Shown: positions 39,802-53,564, counted from the stretch's first letter. The stretch is 64,000 nt of DNA from Paraspadella gotoi (GCA_051294375.1 CM119270.1:14053316-14117315); one strand, 5' to 3'. A program made the numbers and translations. Notes: a model not told the origin generated them from the letters alone.

Positions 39802-42499
39802 CTCCTTTTGCACTCTGACCATAAAATTGTTCAGTGTTTAGGACATGATACAGAAGTGAGAATAGAGACACACAGAAAGGGAATGGAAGGAAAGAAAGCA
39901 ACAAAGAGAGAGAACCGAGAAGAGTGTTGAGAGACAGAGATGAGAGAACACTGCATCGCCGATGCTCCAGATTCTGCGGCCTGCTCTCACACCATTAAAA
40001 AATTGGCCTACCATTAGATTTCTATTCAGTGAGATTTTTAACGCTGAATATCGATCGATACTTTGAAACTGAAAAACAATTTTCTCGTCGCAAAGCGAGT
40101 TGCCCGCTGACTTTGGACGCTGGGCTATGGTGAATTGAGTCCCACAAACTTTCATCAAGACTCTGCATCACATTCTACCTTTAATAACTCCCAAATAATC
40201 ATTTTGTCGCGCTTACAATGAAGTGGTATTTTATACTTTTTATTTCTTCCTTTATCTCTGTCGCAGTTTCCATTTCACTTCTTTTAGTTGCGCCGTCTAG
40301 TACTCGCAGGCAACTCTTTAAGTCACTTTCGGTAGGTCTGTCCGGTCTACCTGTCTGTCGGTCGGTCTGTCCCACTTAGCGTTAAAAATGCATATATTCG
40401 CCTACAAGTTGGTTGATCCATTTGTTAAGAAACAGAAAAAAAACCCTCAAAATCTAAGGGAATGCTTAAACGCCGCCTTTCAATGAAATCCTAAAAACTA
40501 TAAGGAATAAAAGATGGATTTCGATGCAGTGCATGTCATAGTAATTAGCAAAGGCGAAGAAAGATTTTTTGTCTTGTCATGTCTTGTCATATCCATGTGA
40601 AAATAAAGTTTGCATTTTGGTTCCTTATCTCTATACACTCCTCTTTTGTCTTTTGCTTTTCTCTTTCTTCACCTTTTCTCTGCCGTCCTTCCGGTCCTTC
40701 TCGCATCTTTTCCTCTCTTACCGACATTGATCTCTCTTTTTCTTCTCCTCATCTTCTCTCTCCTTTTTCTTCTTTCTCTCTCCTTGCTTCTTCTCCCTTA
40801 ACCCCTCTCACTTTCCTCCTTGCCCTTCTTTCCTTGGCCTCTTTTCCCACTCTCCGCCCTTATCCTTCCCCCTTTCTCTTTTTCCCCTCTCACCTTCCTC
40901 CTTTCTTCATTCCTCTCTCCCCCTTTCCTCCTTTCACATTCCCCTCTCCCGCCTTCCCACCTTCCTCTTTCCCTCTCCCCCTTCCTCCTTCCCAATCCTC
41001 CCGTTCTTCCCGACTGCGTTGTCTCCAATTCGACCACAAACGGCGATAACGTCGCATGCATACAGNNNNNNNNNNNNNNNNNNNNNNNNNNNNNNNNNNN
41101 NNNNNNNNNNNNNNNNNNNNNNNNNNNNNNNNNNNNNNNNNNNNNNNNNNNNNNNNNNNNNNNNNNNNNNNNNNNNNNNNNNNNNNNNNNNNNNNNNNNN
41201 NNNNNNNNNNNNNNNNNNNNNNNNNNNNNNNNNNNNNNACGACGACGACGACGACAGCTCTGCAACGACGAATATGAGAACGACAGTGAAGACTCAATAA
41301 AGGCGACGATGAAACCAGCGATGATTCGCAGACAGATGGCGATGATTACGGATTCACGGAGATGATGACAAAGGAATGGCGACGAGATGACATTGATTAG
41401 ACGAGAGATACCGACGGTGATGGTTTATTCTGAATCGCTGATAATATTAAACATATCAAGTGGTGATAACATAAGAATAGCCATAATTGTGATGATAAGA
41501 CTGAAATGGCGTCAAATCTGGGACAGAAACGATGATAACACTGAAGACACTGCCTCTGTCACCGAGAACAAAAGAAAACTAAACCACAACATGGACGTTA
41601 TTAAAGAGAACGCTGACAATGATATCGACGACGACGATGACGATAACGACGAAGAAGACGACGAACGCAACGCCAACGACGACGACGACGACGACAAACG
41701 AGCGACGACGTCGTTTATGAGGATCAATGTCCCTCGCGACGATTGAGTCGCGGATTTGGCGAAGACTCAATTATTTTTTTGGCAAAAGACTCTCGAAGCG
41801 GAAGAGAGGGAGGAAAAGGGTGGGTGGGGGTGAGTGGGGGAGAGGAAAGGGAAGAAGGGATATTGGAAGGGGAAGAATAGAAAAAAAAGAAGGGACGAAG
41901 GGGACGAAGGGGAGGAGGAGGAAGGGGGAAGGAGAAAAGAGGAACGAAGGGGAGGAGGAGGAGAAAGGTGGGAGAGGGGGAAGGGGAAAGAGGGACAAGG
42001 GAAGGAGGAGAGAAGGGGGGGAGGGAAGGAGAAAAGAGGAGAAGGGGAGGAGAGGAGGAAGGGGGAAGGGGAAGAAAAAGAGGAAGCGAAGGGGAGGAGG
42101 AGGAGGAAGTTGGGAGGAGAAGGGTAGAGAAAAAGAGGGACGAAGGGAGGAGTAAAAGAGAAACGAAGACGAAGCGGAAGAGAGGGGGAGTGTGGGAGGG
42201 TAGGGGGAAGAAGGAGAAGGAAAATTGGGGAAGAAGGGCGAAGGGGGAGACAGGAAAAGAAGGGTGAGGTGAAAGATTACATGGCGAAAAGGGAGGAAGA
42301 AGGAAGAAGAGAGGGAAAAAGGAGGAGGAAGAGGTGAGAAAGAAGAGGAAAAGTATTTGGAAAAAAAATCCGTCGAGAGAAAAGGGGGAGAAGGGGGGGT
42401 GAGGGAGAGAGCTGGGGGTTAACGAGCGAAAACAAAACGAGGTCCCTCTTCGCTGATTCGATTCCCCCCTAATCGTAGTCATCGCTTGTTTTTGCCTCT

Positions 42500-42520
<21 letters not shown>
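32740..42520. repeat. Nested noisy inverted repeats: ~32740-33660 versus ~38095-39074, and ~33660-37860 versus ~39100-42520
   Basis: Reverse-complement anchors include actacgattagggggaatcgaatcagcg (33750) and cgctgattcgattccccctaatcgtagt (42451), and taacactgaacaattttatggtca (36241) and tgaccataaaattgttcagtgttta (39816). There is a 25-N gap at 39075-39099. Confidence 0.85.
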
Positions 42521-42533
<13 letters not shown>

Positions 42534-42539
42534 ATCTCT

Positions 42540-42576
<37 letters not shown>

Positions 42577-42653
42577 GCATCTCGCCGCGCGCTCTCGCGA
42601 CGCGACGCTTGGGTCACCGCGGCGACCACGTGACGATTCGCGGGAAGTGGGGT

Positions 42654-42702
<49 letters not shown>

Positions 42703-43240
42703 AGCAGAGAGAGAGAGAGAGTATTCGCCTTTTCGTATTTTTTTATAATTTTATTCATCGTTATATACGATGTGTTGTTATTTCTATCGTTCTTTCTTTT
42801 CTTTCTTCTTTGTACTTCCACCCTTTCCTTCTGCCCTTCTTCTCCTTTCTTTTCATGTTTTCTTTTCCTTTTCTCTCTTTCTCTCCTCCCTTTTTCTTTC
42901 CTCCCTTATTCTCTCCTCTCTTTTTCTTTCTTCCCTTTTTCTTTCCTCCTTTTCTTTCTTCCTTTTCCTTTCTCTCTTTTCTTTCCTCTTTTTTTCCTTT
43001 CCTCCCTTTTCCTCTCCTCCCTTTTCCTCCCTTTCCTTGCCCTTTCCTTTTTCCTCCCTTTTCCTTCCTCCCTTTTTCCTCTCCTTCCTCTTCCTTCTCC
43101 CTCCCCTTTCTTTTCTCCCTTTTTCTCTTTCCTCCCCTTTCCTTTCCTCCTTTTCCTCTCCTCCCTTTTTCCTTTCTTTCCCTTTTTCTTTCTCCCTTTT
43201 CCTTTCCTCCATTTTTCCTTTCCTCCCTCCCCTTCTCTGC
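41800..43240. repeat. Long polypurine (41800-42400) and polypyrimidine (42790-43240) low-complexity tracts
   Basis: Almost purely A/G and then purely C/T sequence. Similar tracts occur at 4980-5250, 33840-34440 and 35110-35450. Confidence 0.8.
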
Positions 43241-43946
43241 GCGTTCGGGAAAATCAGGAGCAAATATTGACGGACGACGAGGATATCGGGTTTTGATGAT
43301 GTCGGCGATGGAATTGGTGGGGGGGAGGGAGAGGGGGGGAGAGAAGGAGGAAAGAGGTTCGATTGGAATGGATCAAGGAGGGAGGAAGGAGCGGGGGGGG
43401 GGGAAATGTGGAAGGAAAGGTTTGAAGGAAAATGTAGCACTAAAGTGTTAGGAGGGAACGAAGGGTATTTATTAGTTATTTATTTATTTATTTTTTTTAT
43501 GATTTATTTATTAATTTATTAAAAGACGCAATGAAATAGTTGGCGGAACGAGAGTCGCTACCTGATTTTGAGTCTAAAGAAACACAAAGTTAAGTCTTTT
43601 TGTCAGTTTCCTTGAAGATTTAGTGTAAGCTTTGATTCCAAATAAAAATCTTATTTTTTCCATTTACTTAACCGTCGAATCATTTATTCTTCTTCTTCGT
43701 CTCATTACATTTCGTCGTTTTCTTCTTCGTCTTCATCGTCGGCTCCTGTCCTTCTTTAATCTGACGAAGAGGACGACATCGACGACGATGAAAACGACGA
43801 CGACGACGAAGAAGTAGAAGAAGAAGACGATGACGAAGAAAAAGAAGAAGACGACGATGACGACGACGAAAAAGTTGACGGCGAAATCTACGTCGACTTA
43901 AAAGTCGAAAAATTGAAGAATTCAAAAGTAACGATCGGAAAGATCG

Positions 43947-44013
<67 letters not shown>

Positions 44014-44946
44014 GCTGGGGAGGCCACTAAAAATTGATGACTTAATTTATCGCGGACGAGAGGAAAGTCGACGAGGCGGTTTTTACAGGGGGATCCTTTC
44101 AAAGCACCCTCATGATTTTTGTTTTCGTTAGAGATCTACAGAAGAGCAACCGATAAATAAACATTATTTTTTTGTTTTAGTTAAACATGGACAGAGAGAT
44201 TCTGATTAAGAAAAAAGAGCGTTCCTTTGAATAAGTCGATCATCTACAAAAACATATAGTTGATTTTCATGTCTCAATCATGTGAACGTTTCAACTAATC
44301 ATTGTAATACGCGTTTCATTAGTTAAATAATAATTGATTACATGACTTTAACTAACGATTTAATTTTTCAATCAAGTCCAGACTATAAAAAACTTGGATC
44401 AAATGCGTGCCCAGTAGCGCGTGAAATCTCGAAAAAAAAAACCGTTTAGCCCCCAAAAATATCCCAAAATTTGAAGAGAAGATTACGCTCTGCATATTTT
44501 ACGGGTCCGGAAGAAAACGATGGTATCAGTAAAAGGAATGCGGCCTTACGTAATTCGGTATCAAGAACATCTGGATATAGTAGTCCTATAAATTCGATGC
44601 TTAGTGAGTGATTAAAATTATTATCAAATATTAAAGCTGTTTAATGTTTGAATGCTTTAGCAATGCTGCACCTATACAAACAATCTCAAATCAAACAAAC
44701 AATCAGTGTTATAAAAGGAGCGGATCTCTCTCTCTAGCTCTCTTTCAGTCTTTTTTTTTTCTCTCTCTCTCTCCATCTCTCTCACTCTCTGTCTCTCTTC
44801 TTTCCTTTTCTCCTCTCCTTCCTCTCCTTTTCATTCATATCGTTTTCCACTTTATCTCTCATTCAAATGTGATGGCGAACGACGAGAATAACCATTCGGG
44901 TCAAATTCTCCGATGGAGAGAGAGAGAGAGAGAGAAGAGAGGAGAG

Positions 44947-45005
<59 letters not shown>

Positions 45006-45106
45006 AGAGATGATTGTGGAGGCGGGAAAAGTGATATCTAAAGAGGAAGACGGCAAAGAACAGGATTCTGACAGAGATTGCAGCTCTCTAACCTCTCTCC
45101 TTCTCT

Positions 45107-45156
<50 letters not shown>

Positions 45157-46129
45157 CTTCTCTCTCTTCTCTCTCTCTCTCTCTCTTTTCCAATCTCCTC
45201 TCGCTCTCCATATTCTCACGGAATCAAATCCTTTGCTCTCATAAACGAAAACAAGAGTAAAGCCAGTTAAGATTTCAAAATCCAATCAAGTCTACGCAAG
45301 AAAAGAAAAACAAAACAGAGGAGAATCGTGGACTCATCAACAAAAGGAAAAAGTTAAAAAAACAACAATGGAATAAGTCAATAATTTTAAGAACCTTGCG
45401 AGAATGGAAACAAAAATGAAATACATGAATGGATGGAATGTAGTATGTATAATATTGTATATTGTATATTTATAATATATGAATGGAATAGATGGATAGA
45501 AGAATGGACGGTTCTCACCCGAAATTCCAAGCAGTCGAATCTCGAAGTTAAGACGGATACCCATAGTGAGTCTCATGGGGCACTTGTCAGTTCTCCCTCT
45601 CCTTTTCTCCTTTTGCCCTCTTAAACTCACCCAAGCTTATCGCCCTTGGGGCTCTCATAGGGTCTCCACCCCATAGGAGGGAACTGATAGATCTTCATCC
45701 CAAAGGGTTATCTCGACACCCTGACTGCGTTTTTTTCGATTTTTAGTTTATATATATATTTAAAAATTCCAACTTTTTTTCTCAGCGATTGTCAAACAAG
45801 CTGGCTCTACTCAACATTCACTTACCCACCCAGGCACCTTACCAGGGCTCTTGCTTTTCCTCGCGCGCGCCTTTTAAACGCCTCCACCTTCTAACCAAAA
45901 TAAAAACAAAAAAAACCCAAAAACTAAAAAAAAGGAAAAAAAGGAAAAAAAAGGAAAAACCCCCTTTTCTCCTCTTTGAACGCGCACGCGCTCTCTGTTT
46001 GTGTTAGGAAATTACTACCCGTGTTCCGGCCTTTCCTCTTCCTCCTCTTCCTCCTCCGATTACTTTTCCCTTTCCACCTCCTCTTCCCCACCCTCCTCCT
46101 CTTTCCCCTCTCTCTAACCAAACCGTTTT

Positions 46130-46160
<31 letters not shown>

Positions 46161-46914
46161 TTTCGTCGTCGTTGTTGTCGTTGTTCTTTTTTTTTTCGTG
46201 GATGGAAGCGGAAACCGTGAGAAAGGAGAATTTGTGAGACAAGCAAAGGGTCGACATGTGATCATCGAGACGCGAGTGATTCGATTGTGAAAATAAGACA
46301 AAACAGAAAACTATATAATGTAATGGGATCTCTGACTGAAGTATTAAATGGAGAAAGGATATAAATTGATAGAAGAGAAAGATGATTGGTCAGAAGGTTG
46401 AAATGAGACTGTATTTGATTGGTGATTACTTTAAAACCACTGAAAAAGTTAGCATTTAAGATAAATTCAAAAAATAAAAAAGACGATCAAAATTTAAATG
46501 GATAAAAAACTTTAAAATAAAACAAAAACAAACAAAACCACAAAACTGAAAAATAAAACAAAAGAGAAAACGTCTTCAAGATCCGATCAGAGATTGGGAT
46601 TTAGGGTGAGCTCGATTATCAGTTCACCTGCTTCCTTCACAGAATTATCACCGACGGTCTATCATTCTTTCTGTCATTCTGTCATTCTGTCCGTTCACCG
46701 AGTCTCTCTGTCCTCGGAGAAAAGGAATATTGTGAGAATCTCGTTTCCAAAGGTCGGAGATCTGTCGATCTTTTGGGAAGAAGAAGATTATATCTTGTCT
46801 GAAATATTGAAAAGACCCGGTTGCCGATACTGGGTCCTTAAAAATTTCCTTAAATTTAAATAAATGGCGCGGTGGGGAATTTATTTTTTTTATTAAGCGT
46901 TAAATTAATATTTA

Positions 46915-46933
46915 CAATAATAATAATAATCAA

Positions 46934-46965
<32 letters not shown>

Positions 46966-46969
46966 TAAT

Positions 46970-47001
<32 letters not shown>
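46915..47001. repeat. (TAA)n microsatellite just upstream of the exon 3 acceptor
   Basis: Nearly perfect aataataat run of about 85 bp. Confidence 0.9.
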
Positions 47002-47064
47002 ATTTTATCTCTAACAGACAATTTTTTCATTTCCTTCTCCCTCTTCCCCCCCATCCACTTCCAG

Positions 47065-47456
47065 CCATGAACCCCAGCTCCCTCCATCCCCGACTGGATC
47101 GCGATTCCCTGGACGACAACCACCTCGACAACAACAACCATCCACTCCACCCCCACCCTCTCCACCATCAAATCCTCCCCCACCATTCCATGGGCGCCGT
47201 CCCCACGGAGAACGGAGGCGTCTCCGCTCCCGGGCTTCCCGGAGGAGGAGGAGGAGGAGGAGGCGTGGGTATTTCGCCCCACAATCTTCACCACCCCTCG
47301 GGTCTTCACCATCCGCATCACCTCCATCACCACCCCTCGGGACTGGCTTCGCCCCCGGTCTCCGTCTCCGGCGACGGCGCCTCCCTGTCGCCGGGCACGC
47401 CCCTCGATCCCACGTCCCTCTCTCCCGCCGACGAGATCGTCGAGGAGGTCGACGAT

Positions 47457-47490
<34 letters not shown>

Positions 47491-47556
47491 GCGCCAGTCA
47501 CAACTCGGGCGAGAATAAGAACAACAACGGAGGCGGAGGCGTGGACGGGAAGACGG
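47065..47556 (+). CDS. NKX2-2: NK2.2 homeobox gene, internal exon (His/Pro/Gly-rich with acidic run)
   Basis: Polypyrimidine-cag acceptor ends at 47064. The exon starts CC-ATG, completing TCC with the phase-1 T of the previous exon. Open GC-rich frame MNPSSLH...DDDDDGDDDDDDDG...DGKT; donor G|GTGTGT at 47556/47557 (phase 1). Confidence 0.82.
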
Positions 47557-47960
47557 GTGTGTATAGTTGTTAATTTGTTAATTTGTTTTTGAGTAATTAA
47601 ATGGATTAAAATGAAAATAGTATATTTTTTGATAGTTTGATTGGCGAATTTGATTGATTGAACGAGTAAAAGAGTAACCATATAGTGTTAATTCATTGAT
47701 TGATTGTTTAATTGACTAGTTGTTTGATTAAATTATTTATTAGGGGAATTGATTTATTAATTGATTGATTCCCATTCCACGCAGTTTTTTTTTTTTTTTT
47801 TCGTTTTCGTCTTATCTCTTTTTCTTTTCGTTGATTAATCGTTAAATTTGTTTTTAAGCCATTAAATATATTTTTTGAATAAAAAGATTAAACAAATTTA
47901 AATTTTAATTCTCCCTGACATTCTCCCCTTGCCCCCTCTCCCCCCGGCCTCCGATTTCAG

Positions 47961-48071
47961 GCTCCCAACCGACGAAGAAGAGGAAGAGACGGGTTTTGTT
48001 CACGAAGGCGCAGACTTACGAGTTAGAGCGACGATTCCGGCAGCAGAAGTATCTCTCGGCGCCGGAAAGAG
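47961..48071 (+). CDS. NKX2-2: NK2.2 homeodomain residues 1-31 (exon runs into an assembly gap)
   Basis: Acceptor ttcag ends at 47960 (phase 1). Translation (G)[36 protein letters not shown] matches NK2.2/vnd helix 1 and the start of helix 2. Residues 32-44 fall in the N-gap 48072-48255. Confidence 0.96.
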
Positions 48072-48481
48072 NNNNNNNNNNNNNNNNNNNNNNNNNNNNN
48101 NNNNNNNNNNNNNNNNNNNNNNNNNNNNNNNNNNNNNNNNNNNNNNNNNNNNNNNNNNNNNNNNNNNNNNNNNNNNNNNNNNNNNNNNNNNNNNNNNNNN
48201 NNNNNNNNNNNNNNNNNNNNNNNNNNNNNNNNNNNNNNNNNNNNNNNNNNNNNNNGTTGAAACATGATTATGAATTCTATTTTGTTTTGACGAAGGGAAT
48301 ATTTCTCTTTAAATTGAAAACGTTCCTAGTGAGATGAGTTGATGTCTGATGAACGAACCAAGGAAAGACTTCTCGTTCCATGGAGAACCTTTCTTCTCGG
48401 AAGCGATAAATTTTATTCGCCGCGAGATTTGTGTTAAGCGGGAATCCTTAACGACTTGAAATTGTAATTTCTTTTTTCCCC

Positions 48482-48584
<103 letters not shown>

Positions 48585-48601
48585 CCTCCCTCACCCTCCA
48601 G

Positions 48602-49348
48602 GTTAAAATTTGGTTTCAAAATCATCGCTACAAGATGAAGCGAGCGCGAGCGGAGAAAGGGATGGAATCGTTGACTTCCGGTTACGGAGTGGGCGGCCTC
48701 CCGAGCCCGCGCCGCGTCGCCGTGCCCGTCTTGGTGCGGGACGGCAAGCCCTGCACCCTGCCCGGCCATCCGGGCATGGCCCTGCCCCCTCACCACCCCC
48801 ACCACCCCGGCCACCACGCCATGGGTGGCGTCAGCGCCGGATTCCCCGGTCATCCCCATCACTCACATCCCCATCATCAGGCGGGCCTGGCCGCCGCCGC
48901 CGCAGCCGCCGCCGCAGCGGGTCTAGTCAAGCCGCCGCCTCACGCCGTCGCCGACCCCATCGGGATTCGGGGCTACATGGCGGGTCAGCCCGGCGGGCAC
49001 GGAGGCTCGCAGTCCCTCGGTTCCATGATGCATCACGGCATGGCGAGCATGGCGACGACGTCGGCTTCCCTAGTCGACGCCAGCGGTCATCTCGCCGCCG
49101 CAACCGCCGCCTACGCTTCGCAGCACGCCGGATTGATGGGCGGCGCCGGTGGCGGACAAGGCGTCTCCGTCGCCGCCATCCATGCACCAGCGCCATCGAT
49201 CGTGGCGTCGTCGGCGGTGGCGCCGCGCCGCCTCCGCCTCCCCAAGCTCGGATGGTGTAGCGCATGGAACACGCGGCGGCGGCTGCGGGCGGCGGCCGCG
49301 GCGGCGCTGGCGACCCTCCGCCGCCGCGGCCGAGGATTGCTGCTATGA
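48602..49348 (+). CDS. NKX2-2: NK2.2 last coding exon: homeodomain helix 3, NK2-specific domain and C-terminus (3' end uncertain)
   Basis: Acceptor cag ends at 48601. Reads [21 protein letters not shown] (Tyr54 is diagnostic of the NK2 class; KRARAEKGM as in NKX2-2), then [19 protein letters not shown] (NK2-SD, 48698-48754). The in-frame stop is at 49346-49348, but sequence after ~49200 looks frameshifted. Confidence 0.93.
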   Translation, partial: VKIWFQNHRYKMKRARAEKGMESLTSGYGVGGLPSPRRVAVPVLVRDGKPCTLPGHPGMALPPHHPHHPGHHAMGGVSAGFPGHPHHSHPHHQAGLAAAAAAAAAAGLVKPPPHAVADPIGIRGYMAGQPGGHGGSQSLGSMMHHGMASMATTSASLVDASGHLAAATAAYASQHAGLMGGAGGGQGVSVAAIHAPAPSIVASSAVAPRRLRLPKLGWCSAWNTRRRLRAAAAAALATLRRRGRGLLL

Positions 49349-52081
49349 CTGCGGCGGGGCGCGCCTCGACGATGGCGCGCCGACGTCGACGACGACTACG
49401 AAGACGCCGCCGCCGACGGAAGCGGCGACGAGAAGTGAGACGCCGCCGGAGGAAAGGTGAATGACGCCGACGTCCCGATGACAACGCCGGTGACGCCGCC
49501 AAAGACGTTCAGATACGCAACGACGATTCTCGCGATCTCCCCCAACGTCACGGTCATCCGCAGCTGCTGGACATAGACGCTTCAATCTTTCCAGCCGCTC
49601 CTTTCTATCTATCTGCTCCTTTCTCTCCAACAGCTCTTTTATTTCCTGCTGCTCCTTTTTCCTTCAGCAGCTCTCCACTCTCCAGCATCGTAATTCACCC
49701 CCAATCAAAGTCTTTTCTTTCCCCCATAATTTTTCGTCTTCTCTTAATACTTTCGCTGGAGACCAACTTTTGGAAAAAAAAAATCCTCGTGCCATAGAAT
49801 CGATATTTTCGAGAAACCAAGAATACGAAACAAACAAACAAGCAAAAAATAGAAAAACCCAAATTAAAAATGGCGGTGTCCTTACCCAGGCGGCGTTCAC
49901 TCACCTCGCTCACCTCCTCTCNNNNNNNNNNAAAAGAGAAATAGAAGCGACGAAGGCGCAAAGAAAAAAACATTCGAGAAGATTTCGTGTGAAAAAATCC
50001 TTTCATCCCCTTTCTCTCTCTCCCTCTCTGTCACTCTCTCTCTCTCTGTGTTTTTTTTTCATCCTTTCCCATAGCGAATGCGTTTATATTCTCTTTTATT
50101 TTTTTGCGATGAAATGTTTCTCTTTCCCTCGATCGTAGCTGCAACGTAGCAGCGTAGCGAAATGACGAATTGCAATAAGTGGCCAAGTTTATTTAACATT
50201 TTTGTGGTATAACAAGTGCGACAACTACACATCCGTAGGCCGCGGTCTCCGTCACCCATATTTTTCCATAATAATCGTAATTTTTTTTAGATATGTAATA
50301 CCGTGTATTTTTCATTATCATTTCATGGCATTTTAGTCGTTCCGATTAATTTCACAGATATAAATGATATTTTGTTTTACTTTCCGCGTCTTCCCCTCGT
50401 AATTTTAATTTTTATTAATTTTTTCGGTATATTAAACTGTTGCATTGATAGAAAATTACAAGTCATGATGTTGCATTAAAAAAGCGATTCTTTTTAAAGG
50501 CACGTTTAATCAGCTCCGGGAGCAGTTTTAGCCTAGTCAGTTCGGGTTAGTGTGAAAATAGTCGAATTTCGTTTTCTAAAGCCTCGAAAGCCTGATGAGA
50601 GGTTTCTGGTTGGTTGGTCATCGAGGTAACCGAAGGTGGAGAAGAGCGGAATTNNNNNNNNNNNNNNNNNNNNNNNNNNNNNNNNNNNNNNNNNNNNNNN
50701 NNNNNNNNNNNNNNNNNNNNNNNNNNNNNNNNNNNNNNNNNNNNNNNNNNNNNNNNNNNNNNNNNNNNNNNNNNNNNNNNNNNNNNNNNNNNNNNNNNNN
50801 NNNNNNNNNNNNNNNNNNNNNNNNNNNNNNNNNNNNNNNNNNNNNNNNNNNNNNNNNNNNNNNNNNNNNNNNNNNNNNNNNNNNNNNNNNNNNNNNNNNN
50901 NNNNNNNNNNNNNNNNNNNNNNNNNNNNNNNNNNNNNNNNNNNNNNNNNNNNNNNNNNNNNNNNNNNNNNNNNNNNNNNNNNNNNNNNNNNNNNNNNNNN
51001 NNNNNNNNNNNNNNNNNNNNNNNNNNNNNNNNNNNNNNNNNNNNNNNNNNNNNNNNNNNNNNNNNNNNNNNNNNNNNNNNNNNNNNNNNNNNNNNNNNNN
51101 NNNNNNNNNNNNNNNNNNNNNNNNNNNNNNNNNNNNNNNNNNNNNNNNNNNNNNNNNNNNNNNNNNNNNNNNNNNNNNNNNNNNNNNNNNNNNNNNNNNN
51201 NNNNNNNNNNNNNNNNNNNNTCGCTTTCCGCTTCCTTGACTCCTTCTGCTCCTTTCTCTTTTGGATCCCCTCTCCTTTTCTCCTTTCTTTTCTTTTTTTT
51301 TCCATTTTTTCCTTTTCCTTTGTTACGATTCCGGGGAAGAAAAGGGGGAGGAACCAGTGAAGGAAAGGAAAGAGGAAAAGAAAATGTAGGAGAAAGAAAT
51401 ACGGGGGGGAGTTTAAGGATGGAATCTTCTTGGGTTCCTCCGTTTAAAGAAAAGCGAGGAAAAGTTGCAGAGAAGGGAGGAAAGCAGAAAGAAAAGACTG
51501 ATCGGCTAACAAGAAGAAAATAACGGAAAAAAAGATTGTAGAGTTGAAATCGGGTGCAAACCGATTGGCTAAAAAAAATTCTTTCTCCCCGACTTTCTGT
51601 CTTTTCTATGGTTTTCCTGCAATCTTTCTCGTCCCCAGTATTTCTTATGTTCTCTGTGTTCTTTTTTCATTTTCTTTCTTCTTTTCTCGTTAACCTAACG
51701 TTCTTTTATCTATCTTCTCTGTAGTCTGTTCTACGTCTGTCTTTCTTATCTATGCCTCTCTTCCTCCTGATTTACTAATTTCACCTTTTCTCCCATATCT
51801 TCTTATCTTTTTTCTACTTTACTTTTATCTTCTTTTTCTCATCTTCTCTATCAACCTATCTTTTTTCTCTTTCTTCTCTTTTCTACCTTTCTTTTCTCTT
51901 TTAATCTCATCTTCTCTATCAACCTATCTTTTTTCTCTTTCTCCTCTGTTCTACCTTTATTCTCCTCTCTTTGTCTCTTCTACTCGTTATCAGCGGCGAA
52001 GCTCCTCTCAATTTCGTCTCTCGAGTCAAATTAACATTGGAAACATAACAAAAGACTAGAATCTTTTTATGCTTCTCATCA

Positions 52082-52146
<65 letters not shown>

Positions 52147-52751
52147 CATTTTTTCTCTCTCTTCAATACTTTATCTCTCCTTCTCTTACTCTTTCTTAAG
52201 CAGGCAGGTTTAAAATTATTGTTCAACAAGTGAACAAGGATACAAAGGCGGGAAAGGGATAGTGAACAATATTGACTGTCGTGGAATCTTTAACTAACAT
52301 TAGTCACAAACAGTCTGCCGTTTGACTGTAACAATTATCAAAATATGAAAAAAAATAGTAATTAAAATCAAAACCTCAAAAACATTTACTTGGGACTGTA
52401 ATTTATACTCTGAAGAACATGGTGCAATTGTACCTATTATACAGATATTTGAAAAAGTCGAAACTTTTTTGGTTTATAATTTTGGTGAAAAGTCTGACGT
52501 CGGAAATTCATTTTTTTTCTTCAAAAATATAAAAAAAAGAAGAAAAACTTTCCTTCCCCTCAGCTCTTTTTTTAGTCAAAGGCGAATTTTAAACTGAAAG
52601 TCATTCCCTTTTTTTATTCGTCTTTTAGCCTAATAGGGTTTTCCTATTCAACTTTTAACTTTAATAGGTTTTTCCTATTCAACCGCGGAATCAATGAGAC
52701 GTCTTGCTGAATATAAAGCATTCTCCTCCCTGGTGATTTTTTGGGGAGGAG

Positions 52752-52783
<32 letters not shown>

Positions 52784-53484
52784 AGGAGAGAGAGAGAGAG
52801 ATGAAGAGATAGAGAGAGACGAGAGAGAGAGAGAGAGAGAGAAAGGTACCCGCAAGAATAGAAAAAGAAAAAAGGAAGCGTCGTCGTCTCCGCAAATGTA
52901 AATGGGCGACGACGGTTCATCGCATGGGGGCGCGAATTTTATGAGGCTTTTCCCTCTCCCGTCCTTTCGCGGTTCCACCCAACCATCACTCCGACTCTGC
53001 CACCCCCCAACCCTCTTTCTTTTCACTCTCCCACAGGGACGAGGCCGGAGTGCCGAGCTCGATGCTCGAGCCGTCCGCGCTGAGTAACTTTTCTCAGAGC
53101 CAAAACGTGAAATGGCTAGCGCGAGTGGCGACGACGACGGAACACGACGATGACCGATGAAGTGAACGACGACGACCGACAAGAGTGACGAAGACACGAA
53201 GAACGACAACTAGACAGAGCCGTTTTAAGAATGCTGCGAGATGTATTCGCTGAAAAGAATGAAATGATAACGACGAATATTATGAGAAAGTAAGACTTCC
53301 TCGATGAACACGACGACGACGACGATGGAAGAAAAAATAGAGCGCGCGAAGATTTAAAAAAAAAAAGAATAAACAACAACAAAAGATCCAAATTTTTTTC
53401 GGCAAAAGATTCGATTTGTCATGAAAATGAGGAAATCAATAAGGAAAAGAATAAAGGAATACGGAAGAGAGAGAGAAGAGAGAA

Positions 53485-53564
<80 letters not shown>

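Noticed and set aside
41387-41746. Acidic 119-aa ORF in intron 2 as a possible exon
   Set aside because: Composed largely of GAC/GAT repeats. The frame is not preserved in the inverted duplicate (~34530-34900), and the exon chain is in phase without it.
41724-43451. Long ORFs (365, 321 and 214 aa) on both strands
   Set aside because: Translations of polypurine, polypyrimidine and (GA)n tracts, which contain few stop codons; no domain signal.
46905-47681. 258-aa minus-strand ORF
   Set aside because: Antisense shadow of GC-rich exon 3 plus the (TAA)n repeat.
50577-50606. Hammerhead-like cctcGAAAgcCTGATGAgagg
   Set aside because: Stem II pairs, but only 2 nt separate GAAA from CUGAUGA, leaving no stem I, stem III or cleavage triplet.
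50547-51523. ORFs of 214-295 aa
   Set aside because: They are open only because they cross a 567-N gap.
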